DNA of 11,509 nt from a virus. Its lineage: Duplodnaviria; Heunggongvirae; Uroviricota; Caudoviricetes. Below are positions 1 to 7,772 of this stretch, piece by piece. A model generated the notes under the pieces. It searched no databases. It was not told where the DNA came from and saw nothing but the letters and a program-made list of their open reading frames with translations. Numbering within the stretch: the stretch's first letter is position 1; each line of letters begins with the position of its first letter. The position numbers were made by a program, and so were the translations under genes. Location: positions 1 through 11,509 of IMG/VR virus record IMGVR_UViG_648276665_000003; one strand, written 5' to 3'.

Positions 1-24
1 GGGGGGGGGGGGGGTTTTTTTTAT
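1..24. other. Homopolymer run (G x15 then T x9) at the window edge; probable sequencing or assembly artefact
   Basis: Directly visible: 'GGGGGGGGGGGGGGGTTTTTTTTT' at the very start of the window, unlike any neighbouring sequence. Confidence 0.5.
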
Positions 25-107
25 CAATCACTTACATCAGTTTCCGTAAGAAAACAGTAACTTAAGAAAACCTATAAGGGACTGGAAGGGCTACAAAGTT
101 CTGAGAG

Positions 108-128
108 TGTGGACACTATGTGGACACT
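108..128 (+). repeat. Tandem direct repeat TGTGGACACT (108-117 and 119-128), putative Int arm-type binding sites of the att arm
   Basis: Two perfect 10-bp copies 11 bp apart centre to centre, lying just beyond the 3' end of int. As I recall, P2 Int arm sites are direct repeats resembling TGTGGACA. Confidence 0.4.
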
Positions 129-140
129 CAGAAGGGAAAT

Positions 141-1121
141 TTATAACGTCACTCCGCCTTTTAGAGGATTCAGCGCGACGGCATTTTGCAGGTAGTCAGG
201 CGCAAGGTGCGCATAGGCCATCGTCTGCTGAATGCTCGCATGTCCCAGAATCTGTTGCAGTGCGATTATATTGCCCCCATTCATCATGAAATGGCTTGCG
301 AATGTATGCCGCAGGATGTGGGTTGCCTGATTGGGTGGTATATCTGGCTTCACTCTGCGTAAAATCCCGCAAAACTTCTCATAATCAACTTTGAATAATT
401 TAGCGCTGGCCTCCTCTTTAACTTTTTTCTCCAGTTCCTCAGAAATCGGCACGGTTCGCTTTTTACCGTTTTTGGTTTTCAGGAAGGTAACCCTGCAATT
501 TGTAATCTGTGCTGGTTTTAGCGTGGCAACTTCCGTCCATCTTCCTCCAGTGCTCAGACATAAAAGTGCGACAAGTAAGTCATCACCATCCAAAACATTT
601 AACAGTTTTTCGATTTCTGCTTTTTCCAGGAACGTCATTTCAGGGTTGGCCTCCGCCAGTGGCGGCAGTCCGTGAATTGGGTGTTGCCCGGAAAATTCAT
701 CCAATTGAATTAATTTTGTGAACATGCCGGATAATCGGTACATGTCACGGTTTATCGTTGCGGCACTGATACCATTTCGTAGTCGCATGGAACGATAATC
801 CATCAAAGCTCTTTTGCTCATCCGGCTCACTGGTATATCACCTATGCCGCTGATGGTTTTGAGCAGATGATTAAACTCTTTTGTTCCATGCTCGTGGTTT
901 TGCCCGTGATATTTCCACCAGATGTCCAGCAACTCACTCAAAGTTCTGCGATCTGCTCGCTGACCTGCCCATTCTTTCTGGCTGGCGTAGGCGATTGTGT
1001 ATCGCTCAAATGCTACAGCCTCAGCTTTTCTTTCAAATTTCCTGCGGATGCGTTTTCCGTCGCGACCGCGAGGTCTAATGTCCACTTCATAGCGTCCATC
1101 ATCGAGCTTCTTAATTGACAT
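141..1121 (-). CDS. int: Tyrosine site-specific integrase, P2 Int family
   Basis: C-terminal catalytic region with 'HILRHTFASHF' (HxxR box) and 'TMAYAHL' (catalytic Tyr). The N-terminus 'MSIKKLDDGRYEVDIRP' is P2-Int-like. I take the ATG at 1121 as the start because GAGGG sits 7 nt upstream; the longest ORF begins at 1151 with no Shine-Dalgarno. Confidence 0.9.
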   Translation of the reverse strand: MSIKKLDDGRYEVDIRPRGRDGKRIRRKFERKAEAVAFERYTIAYASQKEWAGQRADRRTLSELLDIWWKYHGQNHEHGTKEFNHLLKTISGIGDIPVSRMSKRALMDYRSMRLRNGISAATINRDMYRLSGMFTKLIQLDEFSGQHPIHGLPPLAEANPEMTFLEKAEIEKLLNVLDGDDLLVALLCLSTGGRWTEVATLKPAQITNCRVTFLKTKNGKKRTVPISEELEKKVKEEASAKLFKVDYEKFCGILRRVKPDIPPNQATHILRHTFASHFMMNGGNIIALQQILGHASIQQTMAYAHLAPDYLQNAVALNPLKGGVTL

Positions 1122-1190
1122 AAGAAAGCCCTCTGACGCTGTATTCACCATCTTGGTAACAAATGGTGAAAATGTAATGTTTATAGAGTG

Positions 1191-1484
1191 TTAACCAGTC
1201 TGTTTTTCGGAGCGGTCTGATTCTGTTGGTTTTTGCCCAATGTGTGCGAGAGCCGGCGCGATCTGACCAGCTTGTGGTGACGTATCACCAGTCATTAACC
1301 AGAGCGTATATTTTTTAAATAAAGGCGTATTTGTGACTCGCATAACGATGCTGAGACCAGGGTCTTTATGCCCACTTTCGTAATTTTTGACTGTTCCTAG
1401 AGCTATCCCGCTAATTTCGCTGAATTTCGCCTGTGTTAAGCCTTCTGCTTTCCTAATCGCTTTCAGTTTTTCGAATGTCTGCAT
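1191..1484 (-). CDS. C: Immunity repressor, P2 C-like (HTH)
   Basis: 97 aa with an N-terminal helix-turn-helix ('LTQAKFSEISGIALGTVKNYESG') and a C-terminal 'YTLWLMTG...QIAPALAH' resembling P2 C. It lies immediately upstream of int on the same strand and is divergent from cox. Confidence 0.8.
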   Translation of the reverse strand: MQTFEKLKAIRKAEGLTQAKFSEISGIALGTVKNYESGHKDPGLSIVMRVTNTPLFKKYTLWLMTGDTSPQAGQIAPALAHIGQKPTESDRSEKQTG

Positions 1485-1513
1485 TTGACAGTAACCTATT
1501 GGTGACTTATATT
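1485..1513 (+). promoter_or_regulatory. Putative early promoter Pe (sigma70-like): -35 TTGACA (1485-1490), 17-bp spacer, -10 TATATT (1508-1513)
   Basis: Consensus -35 and near-consensus -10 with 17-bp spacing, oriented toward cox and abutting the C start codon, as in the P2 immunity switch. Confidence 0.55.
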
Positions 1514-1540
1514 CCCGTCAAAAGGTTGTGTATTGGTGAC
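1497..1540 (+). promoter_or_regulatory. Direct repeat TATTGGTGAC (1497-1506 and 1531-1540); putative C-repressor operator half-sites
   Basis: Two perfect 10-bp direct repeats 34 bp apart. The first lies in the Pe spacer and the second just downstream of the -10. P2 C binds direct repeats flanking Pe, though the spacing here differs from what I recall for P2. Confidence 0.4.
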
Positions 1541-1636
1541 CTTTTGAGTGTGTTAGCCAGTCCCTAGAAAGGACAGGGGCGACCTAGAAGGGGCTGGATC
1601 TAATAAGGGTAACACGAAAGCAAAAAGGGCTAATCA

Positions 1637-1909
1637 ATGGAAGTCAATGACTATGTGATTCAGTACCCGATTGATGCGGTACATACGGTTAAGTTTGCAG
1701 AGTTACTTGGTAAGCCAGAAACGGCTGTAGTCAAGATGGTAAAAGAGAATAAATTGCCAGTTATTGAGCTTCGTGATCCAAGTAAGCCGAACGCTCGTGT
1801 CGGTGAGAAGTGGGTTTTCATTCCAGAGTTTAATCGCGCTGTACGAGAGGCGTTTTATAACCGACCAGTTGAACAGCGTGATGCATGGCTTTTGTGGATG
1901 GGGTTGTGA
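1637..1909 (+). CDS. cox: Cox-like excisionase / early-operon regulator
   Basis: 90 aa, first gene after Pe and divergent from C, the same size class and position as P2 Cox. ATG preceded by AAGGG. Confidence 0.7.
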   Translation: MEVNDYVIQYPIDAVHTVKFAELLGKPETAVVKMVKENKLPVIELRDPSKPNARVGEKWVFIPEFNRAVREAFYNRPVEQRDAWLLWMGL

Positions 1910-1911
1910 TT

Positions 1912-2082
1912 ATGAGTGAACCGCGTTGTATTGCTCAGTTACTGCGTAACGAAAGCCCCAGGGCGATTGACTTCACCATCACCCACGGTAAGGGGCGTAA
2001 GGGAATCATTATCCGCACCAAAAAACAGAGTCCGTTAAAAAAGGCTCTGACCTTTCTGAAAAGCCGGAGGGTCTGGAAATGA
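1912..2082 (+). CDS. Small early-operon protein of unknown function (position of P2 orf78)
   Basis: ATG at 1912 is 3 nt after the cox stop, and its stop overlaps the start of the next gene (ATGA at 2079-2082). The ORF track extends it to 1885, overlapping cox. Confidence 0.5.
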   Translation: MSEPRCIAQLLRNESPRAIDFTITHGKGRKGIIIRTKKQSPLKKALTFLKSRRVWK

Positions 2083-2579
2083 CAGTGATGACGCTCAATC
2101 TCGTCGAAAAACAGCCAGCAGCTATGCGCCGGATAATTGGTAAGCATCTTGCCGTCCCTCGCTGGCAGGATACATGTGATTATTATAATCAGATGATGGA
2201 GCGCGAACGGCTAACAGTTTGCTTTCATGCGCAGTTAAAACAACGTCACGCAACGATGCGTTTTGAAGAAATGAACGACGTCGAACGTGAACGGCTGGTT
2301 TGTGCAATTGATGAATTGCGTGGGGCATTCTCAAAACGCCGTCAGGTTGGCGCAAGTGAGTATGCATATATTAGTTTTTTAACAGTCAGTCAGCGTCGTA
2401 CTTTATTTATGCATGCCGGATTGACTGAAAAAGAATTCAATCAGCCATACTGGCGAATTAATGAAGAGTCATGTTACTGGCGTGATGCTTTATTCCGTGC
2501 ATTACGTGAACTATTCAGTCTGTTTGAGTATGCACCGACAATTCTGACGTCGGTAAAACCAGAGCAATATTTGCATTAA
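2079..2579 (+). CDS. B: Replication protein B-like
   Basis: 166 aa, the same length as P2 gpB as I recall, at the expected position between cox/orf78 and A. Translationally coupled to the upstream ORF. Confidence 0.6.
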   Translation: MTVMTLNLVEKQPAAMRRIIGKHLAVPRWQDTCDYYNQMMERERLTVCFHAQLKQRHATMRFEEMNDVERERLVCAIDELRGAFSKRRQVGASEYAYISFLTVSQRRTLFMHAGLTEKEFNQPYWRINEESCYWRDALFRALRELFSLFEYAPTILTSVKPEQYLH

Positions 2580-2600
2580 ATAATTAACCAGAGTTTTTAA

Positions 2601-2629
2601 CGCACTTAATCGTGCGGGGCTTCTTTTTG
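2601..2629 (+). terminator. Weak hairpin plus T-tract after B (possible attenuator)
   Basis: Stem CGCAC / GTGCG (2601-2605 and 2612-2616) with a 6-nt loop, followed by 'CTTCTTTTT'. The stem is short, so this is weak. Confidence 0.2.
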
Positions 2630-2642
2630 CCTGGAGAAAGTC

Positions 2643-2867
2643 ATGCATACAGTTTCTGAAAATCAGTGCGGTAAATACGCATTACTGCTGCAACAGGCCA
2701 GAACCGAAGCACAGGCCGACGCTGCGACGCGCTTTTCTTCTCATCTTGACGCCATGATTCGCCATATCACAAAGGCGGAGTTATCCCGCGTGGAGATAGT
2801 CGAGCTGCTCAGTCAGGAGTCGGAAAAATTTCACAATATCGGATTGTCTCGCGGGGAGGTGCTTTGA
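2643..2867 (+). CDS. Small early protein of unknown function (position of P2 orf80)
   Basis: 74 aa; ATG preceded by GGAGAAAG. Its stop overlaps the next start. Confidence 0.55.
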   Translation: MHTVSENQCGKYALLLQQARTEAQADAATRFSSHLDAMIRHITKAELSRVEIVELLSQESEKFHNIGLSRGEVL

Positions 2868-3166
2868 TGTCCTGTTCTCATTCAGTTGTATTACTGAATA
2901 ACGCCTTAAAAATCGCCGTTATGGAAAATGGTGATTTGTCTCTTATTCAACTTTGTCTTAATAAAGAAAAACGCGACATAACTGAATCTGTTATCGCGAT
3001 TTATCAGAATGAATTAAACCTCCTGTCTGATGTGGTCAATTTACTTGTTAAACGCGCTGTGTTCCACAAGCAAATTTCCTCAGTGGATGAACTGACAAAA
3101 TTAACGACAGAACTCGCCAGTTATTGCGCTGATGTATCCAGGAAACTTAACGATAAAAGGAGCTGA
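2867..3166 (+). CDS. Small early protein of unknown function (position of P2 orf81)
   Basis: ATG at 2867 overlaps the upstream stop (TGATG) and has GGAGG 7 nt upstream. The ORF-track start at 2864 is a TTG. Confidence 0.55.
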   Translation: MSCSHSVVLLNNALKIAVMENGDLSLIQLCLNKEKRDITESVIAIYQNELNLLSDVVNLLVKRAVFHKQISSVDELTKLTTELASYCADVSRKLNDKRS

Positions 3167-3168
3167 TA

Positions 3169-3393
3169 ATGCCGGACAACGTAGATTTTATTCAGGAACA
3201 ACAGGCTGAATTACTGGAGCGCCAGATTAACGCGGCAAGGGTAAAACATTGCGGTGTTTCTTCGCTGGTTTGCGAAGAGTGTGATGCGCCAATACCTGCT
3301 GCCCGTCGTGCGGCTTATCCGTCAGCCACGCGTTGTGTTTCCTGTCAGTCAGTCTTTGAAGCAAAAAACAAACATTACCGGAGAACGGCATGA
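3169..3393 (+). CDS. TraR/DksA-type C4 zinc-finger protein (position of P2 orf82)
   Basis: 74 aa with 'CEECDAPIP...' and 'CVSCQ' (CxxC...CxxC). Strong Shine-Dalgarno AAAGGAG. Confidence 0.65.
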   Translation: MPDNVDFIQEQQAELLERQINAARVKHCGVSSLVCEECDAPIPAARRAAYPSATRCVSCQSVFEAKNKHYRRTA

Positions 3394-3665
3394 GTATTCG
3401 TATTGAAATTGGCGAACGTTATGTCGTTACCAGTGACAGCTTTCAGTTTATTCTCCACGAGAAAAAGAGAGCGGAAAGCGGTAAAAACGCCGGTCAGGAA
3501 TGGCTGTCGGTGGTTGGTTATTACCCGAAATTAAGCCAGCTCGTTTCCGGCCTGATGCATCACGATATTCTGACCGGAAGCGCAAAATCTTTTGCCGATT
3601 TAAACGCGCAGGTTGAGCAACTCAGCAAGCGTTGTTCAGAGGCTTTTGGCTCATATGGACGTTAA
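3390..3665 (+). CDS. Small early protein of unknown function (position of P2 orf83)
   Basis: 91 aa; its ATG overlaps the upstream stop (ATGA), and its 3' end overlaps the start of gene A. Confidence 0.55.
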   Translation: MSIRIEIGERYVVTSDSFQFILHEKKRAESGKNAGQEWLSVVGYYPKLSQLVSGLMHHDILTGSAKSFADLNAQVEQLSKRCSEAFGSYGR

Positions 3666-5952
3666 AGCCTCCGGGCGTTTTGTCCCTCCGTCAGCATTTG
3701 CCGCAGGTACCGGTAAGACGTTTACCGGTGCTTATGCATGGAACGCGCCACGCGAGGCTGTCGGGCGCGAAAGACCCCTTACACGTGACGAGATGCGTCA
3801 GGTGCAAGGTGTTTTATCCACGATTAACCGTCTGCCTTACTTTTTGCGCTCGCTGTTTACTTCACGTTATGACTACATCCGGCGCAATAAAAGCCCGGTG
3901 CACGGGTTTTATTTCCTCACATCCACTTTTCAGCGTCGCTTATGGCCGCGCATTGAGCGCGTGAATCAGCGCCATGAAATGAACACCGACGCGTCGTTGC
4001 TGTTTCTGGCAGAGCGTGACCATTATGCGCGCCTGCCTGGAATGAATGACAAGGAGCTGAAAAAGTTTGCCGCCCGTATCTCATCGCAGCTTTTCATGAT
4101 GTATGAGGAACTCTGCGATGCATGGGTGGATGCGCATGGCGAAAAAGAATCGCTGTTTACGGATGAGGCGCAGGCTCACCTCTATGGTCATGTTGCTGGC
4201 GCTGCACGTGCTTTCAATATTTCCCCTCTCTACTGGAAAAAATACCGTAAAGGACAGATGACCACGAGGCAGGCATATTCTGCCATTGCCCGTCTGTTTA
4301 ACGATGAGTGGTGGACTCATCAGCTTAAAGGCCAGCGTATGCGCTGGCATGAGGCGTTACTGATTGCTGTCGGGGAGGTCAATAAAGACCGTTCTCCTTA
4401 TGCCAGTAAACATGCCATTCGTGATGTGCGTGCACGCCGCCAGGCAAATCTGGAATTTCTTAAATCGTGTGATCTCGAAAACAGGGAAACAGGCGAGCGC
4501 ATCGACCTTATCAGTAAGGTGATGGGCAGTATTTCTAATCCTGAAATTCGCCGGATGGAGCTGATGAACACCATTGCCGGTATTGAGCGTTACGCCGCCG
4601 CAGAGGGTGATGTGGGGATGTTTATCACGCTGACCGCGCCGTCAAAGTATCACCCGACACGTCAGGTTGGAAAAGGCGAAAGTAAAACCGTCCAGCTAAA
4701 TCACGGCTGGAACGATGAGGCATTTAATCCAAAGGATGCGCAGCGTTATCTCTGCCGTATCTGGAGCCTGATGCGCACGGCATTCAAGGATAATGATTTA
4801 CAGGTCTACGGTTTGCGAGTCGTCGAGCCACACCACGACGGAACGCCGCACTGGCATATGATGTTTTTTTGTAATCCACGCCAGCGTAACCAGATTATCG
4901 AAATCATGCGTCGCTATGCGCTCAAAGAGGATGGCGACGAAAGAGGAGCCGCGCGAAACCGTTTTCAGGCAAAACATCTTAATCGGGGCGGTGCTGCGGG
5001 GTATATCGCGAAATACATCTCAAAAAATATCGACGGCTATGCACTGGATGGGCAGCTCGATAACGATACCGGCAGACCGCTGAAAGATACTGCCGCGGCT
5101 GTTACCGCATGGGCGTCAACGTGGCGCATTCCGCAATTTAAAACGGTTGGCCTGCCGACAATGGGGGCTTACCGTGAACTACGCAAATTGCCTCGCGGCG
5201 TCAGCATTGCTGATGAGTTTGACGAGCGCGTCGAGGCTGCACGCGCCGCCGCAGACAGTGGTGATTTTGCGCTGTATATCAGCGCGCAGGGTGGGGCAAA
5301 TGTCCCGCGCGATTGTCAGACTGTCAGGGTCGCCCGTAGTCCGTCGGATGAAGTTAACGAGTACGAGGAAGAAGTCGAGAGAGTGGTCGGCATTTACGCG
5401 CCGCATCTCGGCGCGCGTCATATTCATATCACCAGAACGACGGACTGGCGCATTGTTCCGAAAGTGCCGGTCGTTGAGCCTTTGACTTTAAAAAGCGGCA
5501 TCGCCGCGCCTCGGAGTCCTGTCAATAACTGTGGAAAGCTCACCAGCGGTGATACTTCGTTACCGGCTCCCACGCCTTCTGAGCACGCCGCAGCAGTGCT
5601 TAATCTGGTTGATGACGGTGTTATCGAATGGAATGACCCGGAGGTCGTGAGGGCGCTCAGGGGCGCATTAAAACACGGGCTGAGAACACCAAATCGTCAG
5701 CAGAGAAACGGAAGCCCGTTAAAACAGTATGAAATGGCACCATCGGCCAGACTGACCCGGTCGGAACGAATGCAAATTACCCGTATCCGCGTTGACCTCG
5801 CTCAGAACGGTATCAGGCCGCAGCGATGGGAGCTTGAGGCGCTGGCGCGTGGGGCGACCGTAAATTATGACGGGAAACATTTTACTTATCAGGTCGCTGA
5901 TGAGTGGCCGGGATTCTCAACAGTATTAGAGTCAAACTCAGTGAAGCGTTAA
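3655..5952 (+). CDS. A: Rolling-circle replication initiator (HUH endonuclease), P2 gpA family
   Basis: HUH motif 'TPHWHMMFF' and tandem-tyrosine motif 'YIAKYISK'. I take the ATG at 3655 ('MDVKASGRF...'), giving 765 aa against about 761 for P2 gpA; the ORF-track start at 3613 is a TTG. Confidence 0.9.
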   Translation: MDVKASGRFVPPSAFAAGTGKTFTGAYAWNAPREAVGRERPLTRDEMRQVQGVLSTINRLPYFLRSLFTSRYDYIRRNKSPVHGFYFLTSTFQRRLWPRIERVNQRHEMNTDASLLFLAERDHYARLPGMNDKELKKFAARISSQLFMMYEELCDAWVDAHGEKESLFTDEAQAHLYGHVAGAARAFNISPLYWKKYRKGQMTTRQAYSAIARLFNDEWWTHQLKGQRMRWHEALLIAVGEVNKDRSPYASKHAIRDVRARRQANLEFLKSCDLENRETGERIDLISKVMGSISNPEIRRMELMNTIAGIERYAAAEGDVGMFITLTAPSKYHPTRQVGKGESKTVQLNHGWNDEAFNPKDAQRYLCRIWSLMRTAFKDNDLQVYGLRVVEPHHDGTPHWHMMFFCNPRQRNQIIEIMRRYALKEDGDERGAARNRFQAKHLNRGGAAGYIAKYISKNIDGYALDGQLDNDTGRPLKDTAAAVTAWASTWRIPQFKTVGLPTMGAYRELRKLPRGVSIADEFDERVEAARAAADSGDFALYISAQGGANVPRDCQTVRVARSPSDEVNEYEEEVERVVGIYAPHLGARHIHITRTTDWRIVPKVPVVEPLTLKSGIAAPRSPVNNCGKLTSGDTSLPAPTPSEHAAAVLNLVDDGVIEWNDPEVVRALRGALKHGLRTPNRQQRNGSPLKQYEMAPSARLTRSERMQITRIRVDLAQNGIRPQRWELEALARGATVNYDGKHFTYQVADEWPGFSTVLESNSVKR

Positions 5953-6035
5953 CTCAATCAATAGGAGTTTATAAGTTAGGCCTCGAGATTTTGTAGAAAG
6001 GGATGTATACTGAGCATCGTATAGATTTGGAGTGA

Positions 6036-7061
6036 ATGATGACTGTAAAGGTGATAGACCTTTTTTGTGGTGCTGGCGGATTAACTCATGGTTTACAGCT
6101 TGCGGGGCTTGATGTCGTTGCAGGCATAGACCTTGAGGGGGAATGTCGGTTTCCCTATGAAAGAAACAATAAATCTAAGTTTATTGAGCAAGATATCGCT
6201 AAAGTAACAAAAGAGGAACTGCTGAGGCTTTATGGTGATGCGTCTGTAAAAGTATTGGCAGGATGCGCACCTTGCCAACCTTTTTCAAAATATACTCAAG
6301 GAAAAGATAAGGCTGATGATAAAAAATGGCCTCTTCTTTATGAGTTCGAACGTTTAATTCGCGAAGTATCTCCAGAAATCGTAACAATGGAGAACGTTCC
6401 TGATGTAACTAAACATAAAGTTTATAATGATTTTTATAATTCATTGTTAAAGTTGGGCTATTATGTTTGGGCGTCGAAGGTTGATTGTGTCGAATATGGA
6501 ATCCCACAAAACCGTTCCCGTCATGTATTGTTGGCTTCAAAATTGGGGGCGATTGAGTTAGTAAAACGTGACGATGTTATTTTGAAAACAGTTAGAGATG
6601 CAATAGGAAATCTTCCTCCGTTAGAAGATGGCCAAACAGATCCAAATGATATATTACATAGAGCCAGTAAATTAAATCCGATTAATAAAAAAAGAATTAT
6701 ACACTCTGTTCCTGGTGGTACATGGAAGGACTGGCCGAAGGAGCTGATTGCTGCTTGTCATATGAAATCTAGCGGTAAAGGATATGCTAGTGTATATGGG
6801 CGCATGTCTTGGGATAAGCCAAGTCCAACAATTACAACTCTTTGTTATGGTTTCGGAAATGGACGTTTTGGACATCCAGAACAGCATAGAGCGATTTCTC
6901 TTAGAGAGGCTGCTTTATTGCAAACTTTTCCGATGGATTATATCTTTGTAGAAGACAAAGACAAGTTTGTTATAAGAAGTATTGGGAAAATGATAGGTAA
7001 TGCTGTTCCTGTGGAACTAGGAAAAGCAATTGGGCAATCAATCAAGAACCATTTAGAATGA
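6036..7061 (+). CDS. DNA (cytosine-5)-methyltransferase
   Basis: Canonical C5-MTase motifs in order: I 'DLFCGAGG', IV 'GCAPCQPFS' (catalytic PC), VI 'TMENVPD', VIII 'QNRSRHVL', X-like 'GNAVPV'. Shine-Dalgarno GGAG 6 nt upstream. The gene is AT-rich (about 35% GC in sampled stretches) against roughly 50% in the flanking phage genes. Confidence 0.9.
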   Translation: MMTVKVIDLFCGAGGLTHGLQLAGLDVVAGIDLEGECRFPYERNNKSKFIEQDIAKVTKEELLRLYGDASVKVLAGCAPCQPFSKYTQGKDKADDKKWPLLYEFERLIREVSPEIVTMENVPDVTKHKVYNDFYNSLLKLGYYVWASKVDCVEYGIPQNRSRHVLLASKLGAIELVKRDDVILKTVRDAIGNLPPLEDGQTDPNDILHRASKLNPINKKRIIHSVPGGTWKDWPKELIAACHMKSSGKGYASVYGRMSWDKPSPTITTLCYGFGNGRFGHPEQHRAISLREAALLQTFPMDYIFVEDKDKFVIRSIGKMIGNAVPVELGKAIGQSIKNHLE

Positions 7062-7067
7062 TAAAAT

Positions 7068-7084
7068 GGCCTGCTTTGCAGGCC
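7068..7084. terminator. Bidirectional rho-independent terminator between the convergent MTase gene and DUF262 operon
   Basis: Perfect 7-bp stem GGCCTGC / GCAGGCC with a TTT loop, flanked by A/T-rich runs on both sides, between the stops at 7061 (+) and 7091 (-). Confidence 0.6.
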
Positions 7085-7090
7085 TTATTA

Positions 7091-7771
7091 CTATTGTTCT
7101 AAATATTCATTATTATTTATATAGTGCTCTATATTATTCGCGATTGCATCAAGATAGGCGATTACTTCTAATGAAATATTCTCTAAGTCCTGATATGAAA
7201 CATTTTTTCCAATCTCAGCAAATGATACATTGCCATGAGATAAATCATTACGATGTTGTTTGACAGTGGCTAATTTTTCACCATGTTTAGTGTGAGTGTA
7301 ATCAGAATATGTTGAAAAACCATATATTTTCGATTTTTCTTTGATTTCCTCTCTATCAATATTTCCTGAGAATATTTTCTTTTTGTTGAAAGTGCCATAA
7401 GATATACCGCAAGATATACCTTTAGTAAGACGGTTAACTAAACTTTCAATATTTACAGATTCATTTTTTAATCTTTTTAATATTTCTGACCTGATATTTT
7501 TCCTGAGTTTGTCAAATTCTACGTTTCTATCATAAATAGTCTCATGAATAAGGCAGATAGCTTCTCTCATTGTTGATTCAATGAGGTTATATAATAGAAT
7601 ATATACTGCCCCCTTTAGAGTTTTTCGTGATTGAGCAGTAATGGAGAACTTATGTTCTTTATCATCAGATGATATCAGTTCTGCACCGGCATACTCAATA
7701 AATTTCAAAAGATCTAAATAGGCCAAGATCTCTCCTGACCTTTCGTCAAAATCCTCACGAAAACGATCCAT
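7091..7771 (-). CDS. Hypothetical protein with C-terminal Rx4H motif (HEPN-like, putative RNase effector); second gene of the DUF262 operon
   Basis: 226 aa with 'QHRNDLSHG' (R-x4-H) about 45 residues from the C-terminus, where HEPN catalytic motifs sit. The start codon is 1 nt after the DUF262 stop, with Shine-Dalgarno GAGGAT. Very AT-rich. The HEPN assignment is from the motif only. Confidence 0.6.
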   Translation of the reverse strand: MDRFREDFDERSGEILAYLDLLKFIEYAGAELISSDDKEHKFSITAQSRKTLKGAVYILLYNLIESTMREAICLIHETIYDRNVEFDKLRKNIRSEILKRLKNESVNIESLVNRLTKGISCGISYGTFNKKKIFSGNIDREEIKEKSKIYGFSTYSDYTHTKHGEKLATVKQHRNDLSHGNVSFAEIGKNVSYQDLENISLEVIAYLDAIANNIEHYINNNEYLEQ

Positions 7772-7772
7772 G

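Noticed and set aside
107-289. 60-aa ORF on + strand spanning the att arm and the 3' end of int
   Set aside because: It overlaps int antisense and the arm-repeat region and has no RBS; most likely non-coding.
391-1118. Several + strand ORFs (391-675, 509-721, 867-1118, 881-1078) inside the integrase gene
   Set aside because: They are antisense to a well-supported integrase CDS, with no motifs or ribosome-binding sites.
1563-1596. Repeated 'CCTAGAA(A/G)GG' elements upstream of cox as possible Cox boxes
   Set aside because: There are only two imperfect copies, and they do not match the P2 cox-box consensus as I recall it.
1935-2367. Minus-strand ORFs 1935-2147 and 2122-2367 within the early operon
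   Set aside because: They are antisense to the translationally coupled orf78/B genes and are shadow ORFs.
3613-3654. Longer gene A reading frame starting at 3613 (779 aa)
   Set aside because: Position 3613 is a TTG; the ATG at 3655 gives a length close to P2 gpA and the usual overlap with the upstream ORF.
3632-5485. Internal and antisense ORFs within gene A (3632-3964 +, 4081-4350 -, 5147-5485 +, 5179-5427 -)
   Set aside because: They lie in alternative frames of a strongly supported 765-aa CDS.
6093-7263. Small ORFs antisense to or overlapping the MTase and the terminator (6093-6278 -, 6199-6387 -, 6672-6887 -, 7066-7263 +)
   Set aside because: They are low-complexity AT-rich shadow frames; 7066-7263 runs antisense to the 226-aa gene across the terminator.
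7091-7771. Interpretation of the 226-aa protein as GmrD/DUF1524 (split GmrSD type IV restriction enzyme)
   Set aside because: I cannot find a His-Me finger signature (for example an EHIxP-type block); the only conserved-looking element is the Rx4H motif. This remains an untested alternative to the HEPN-like call.
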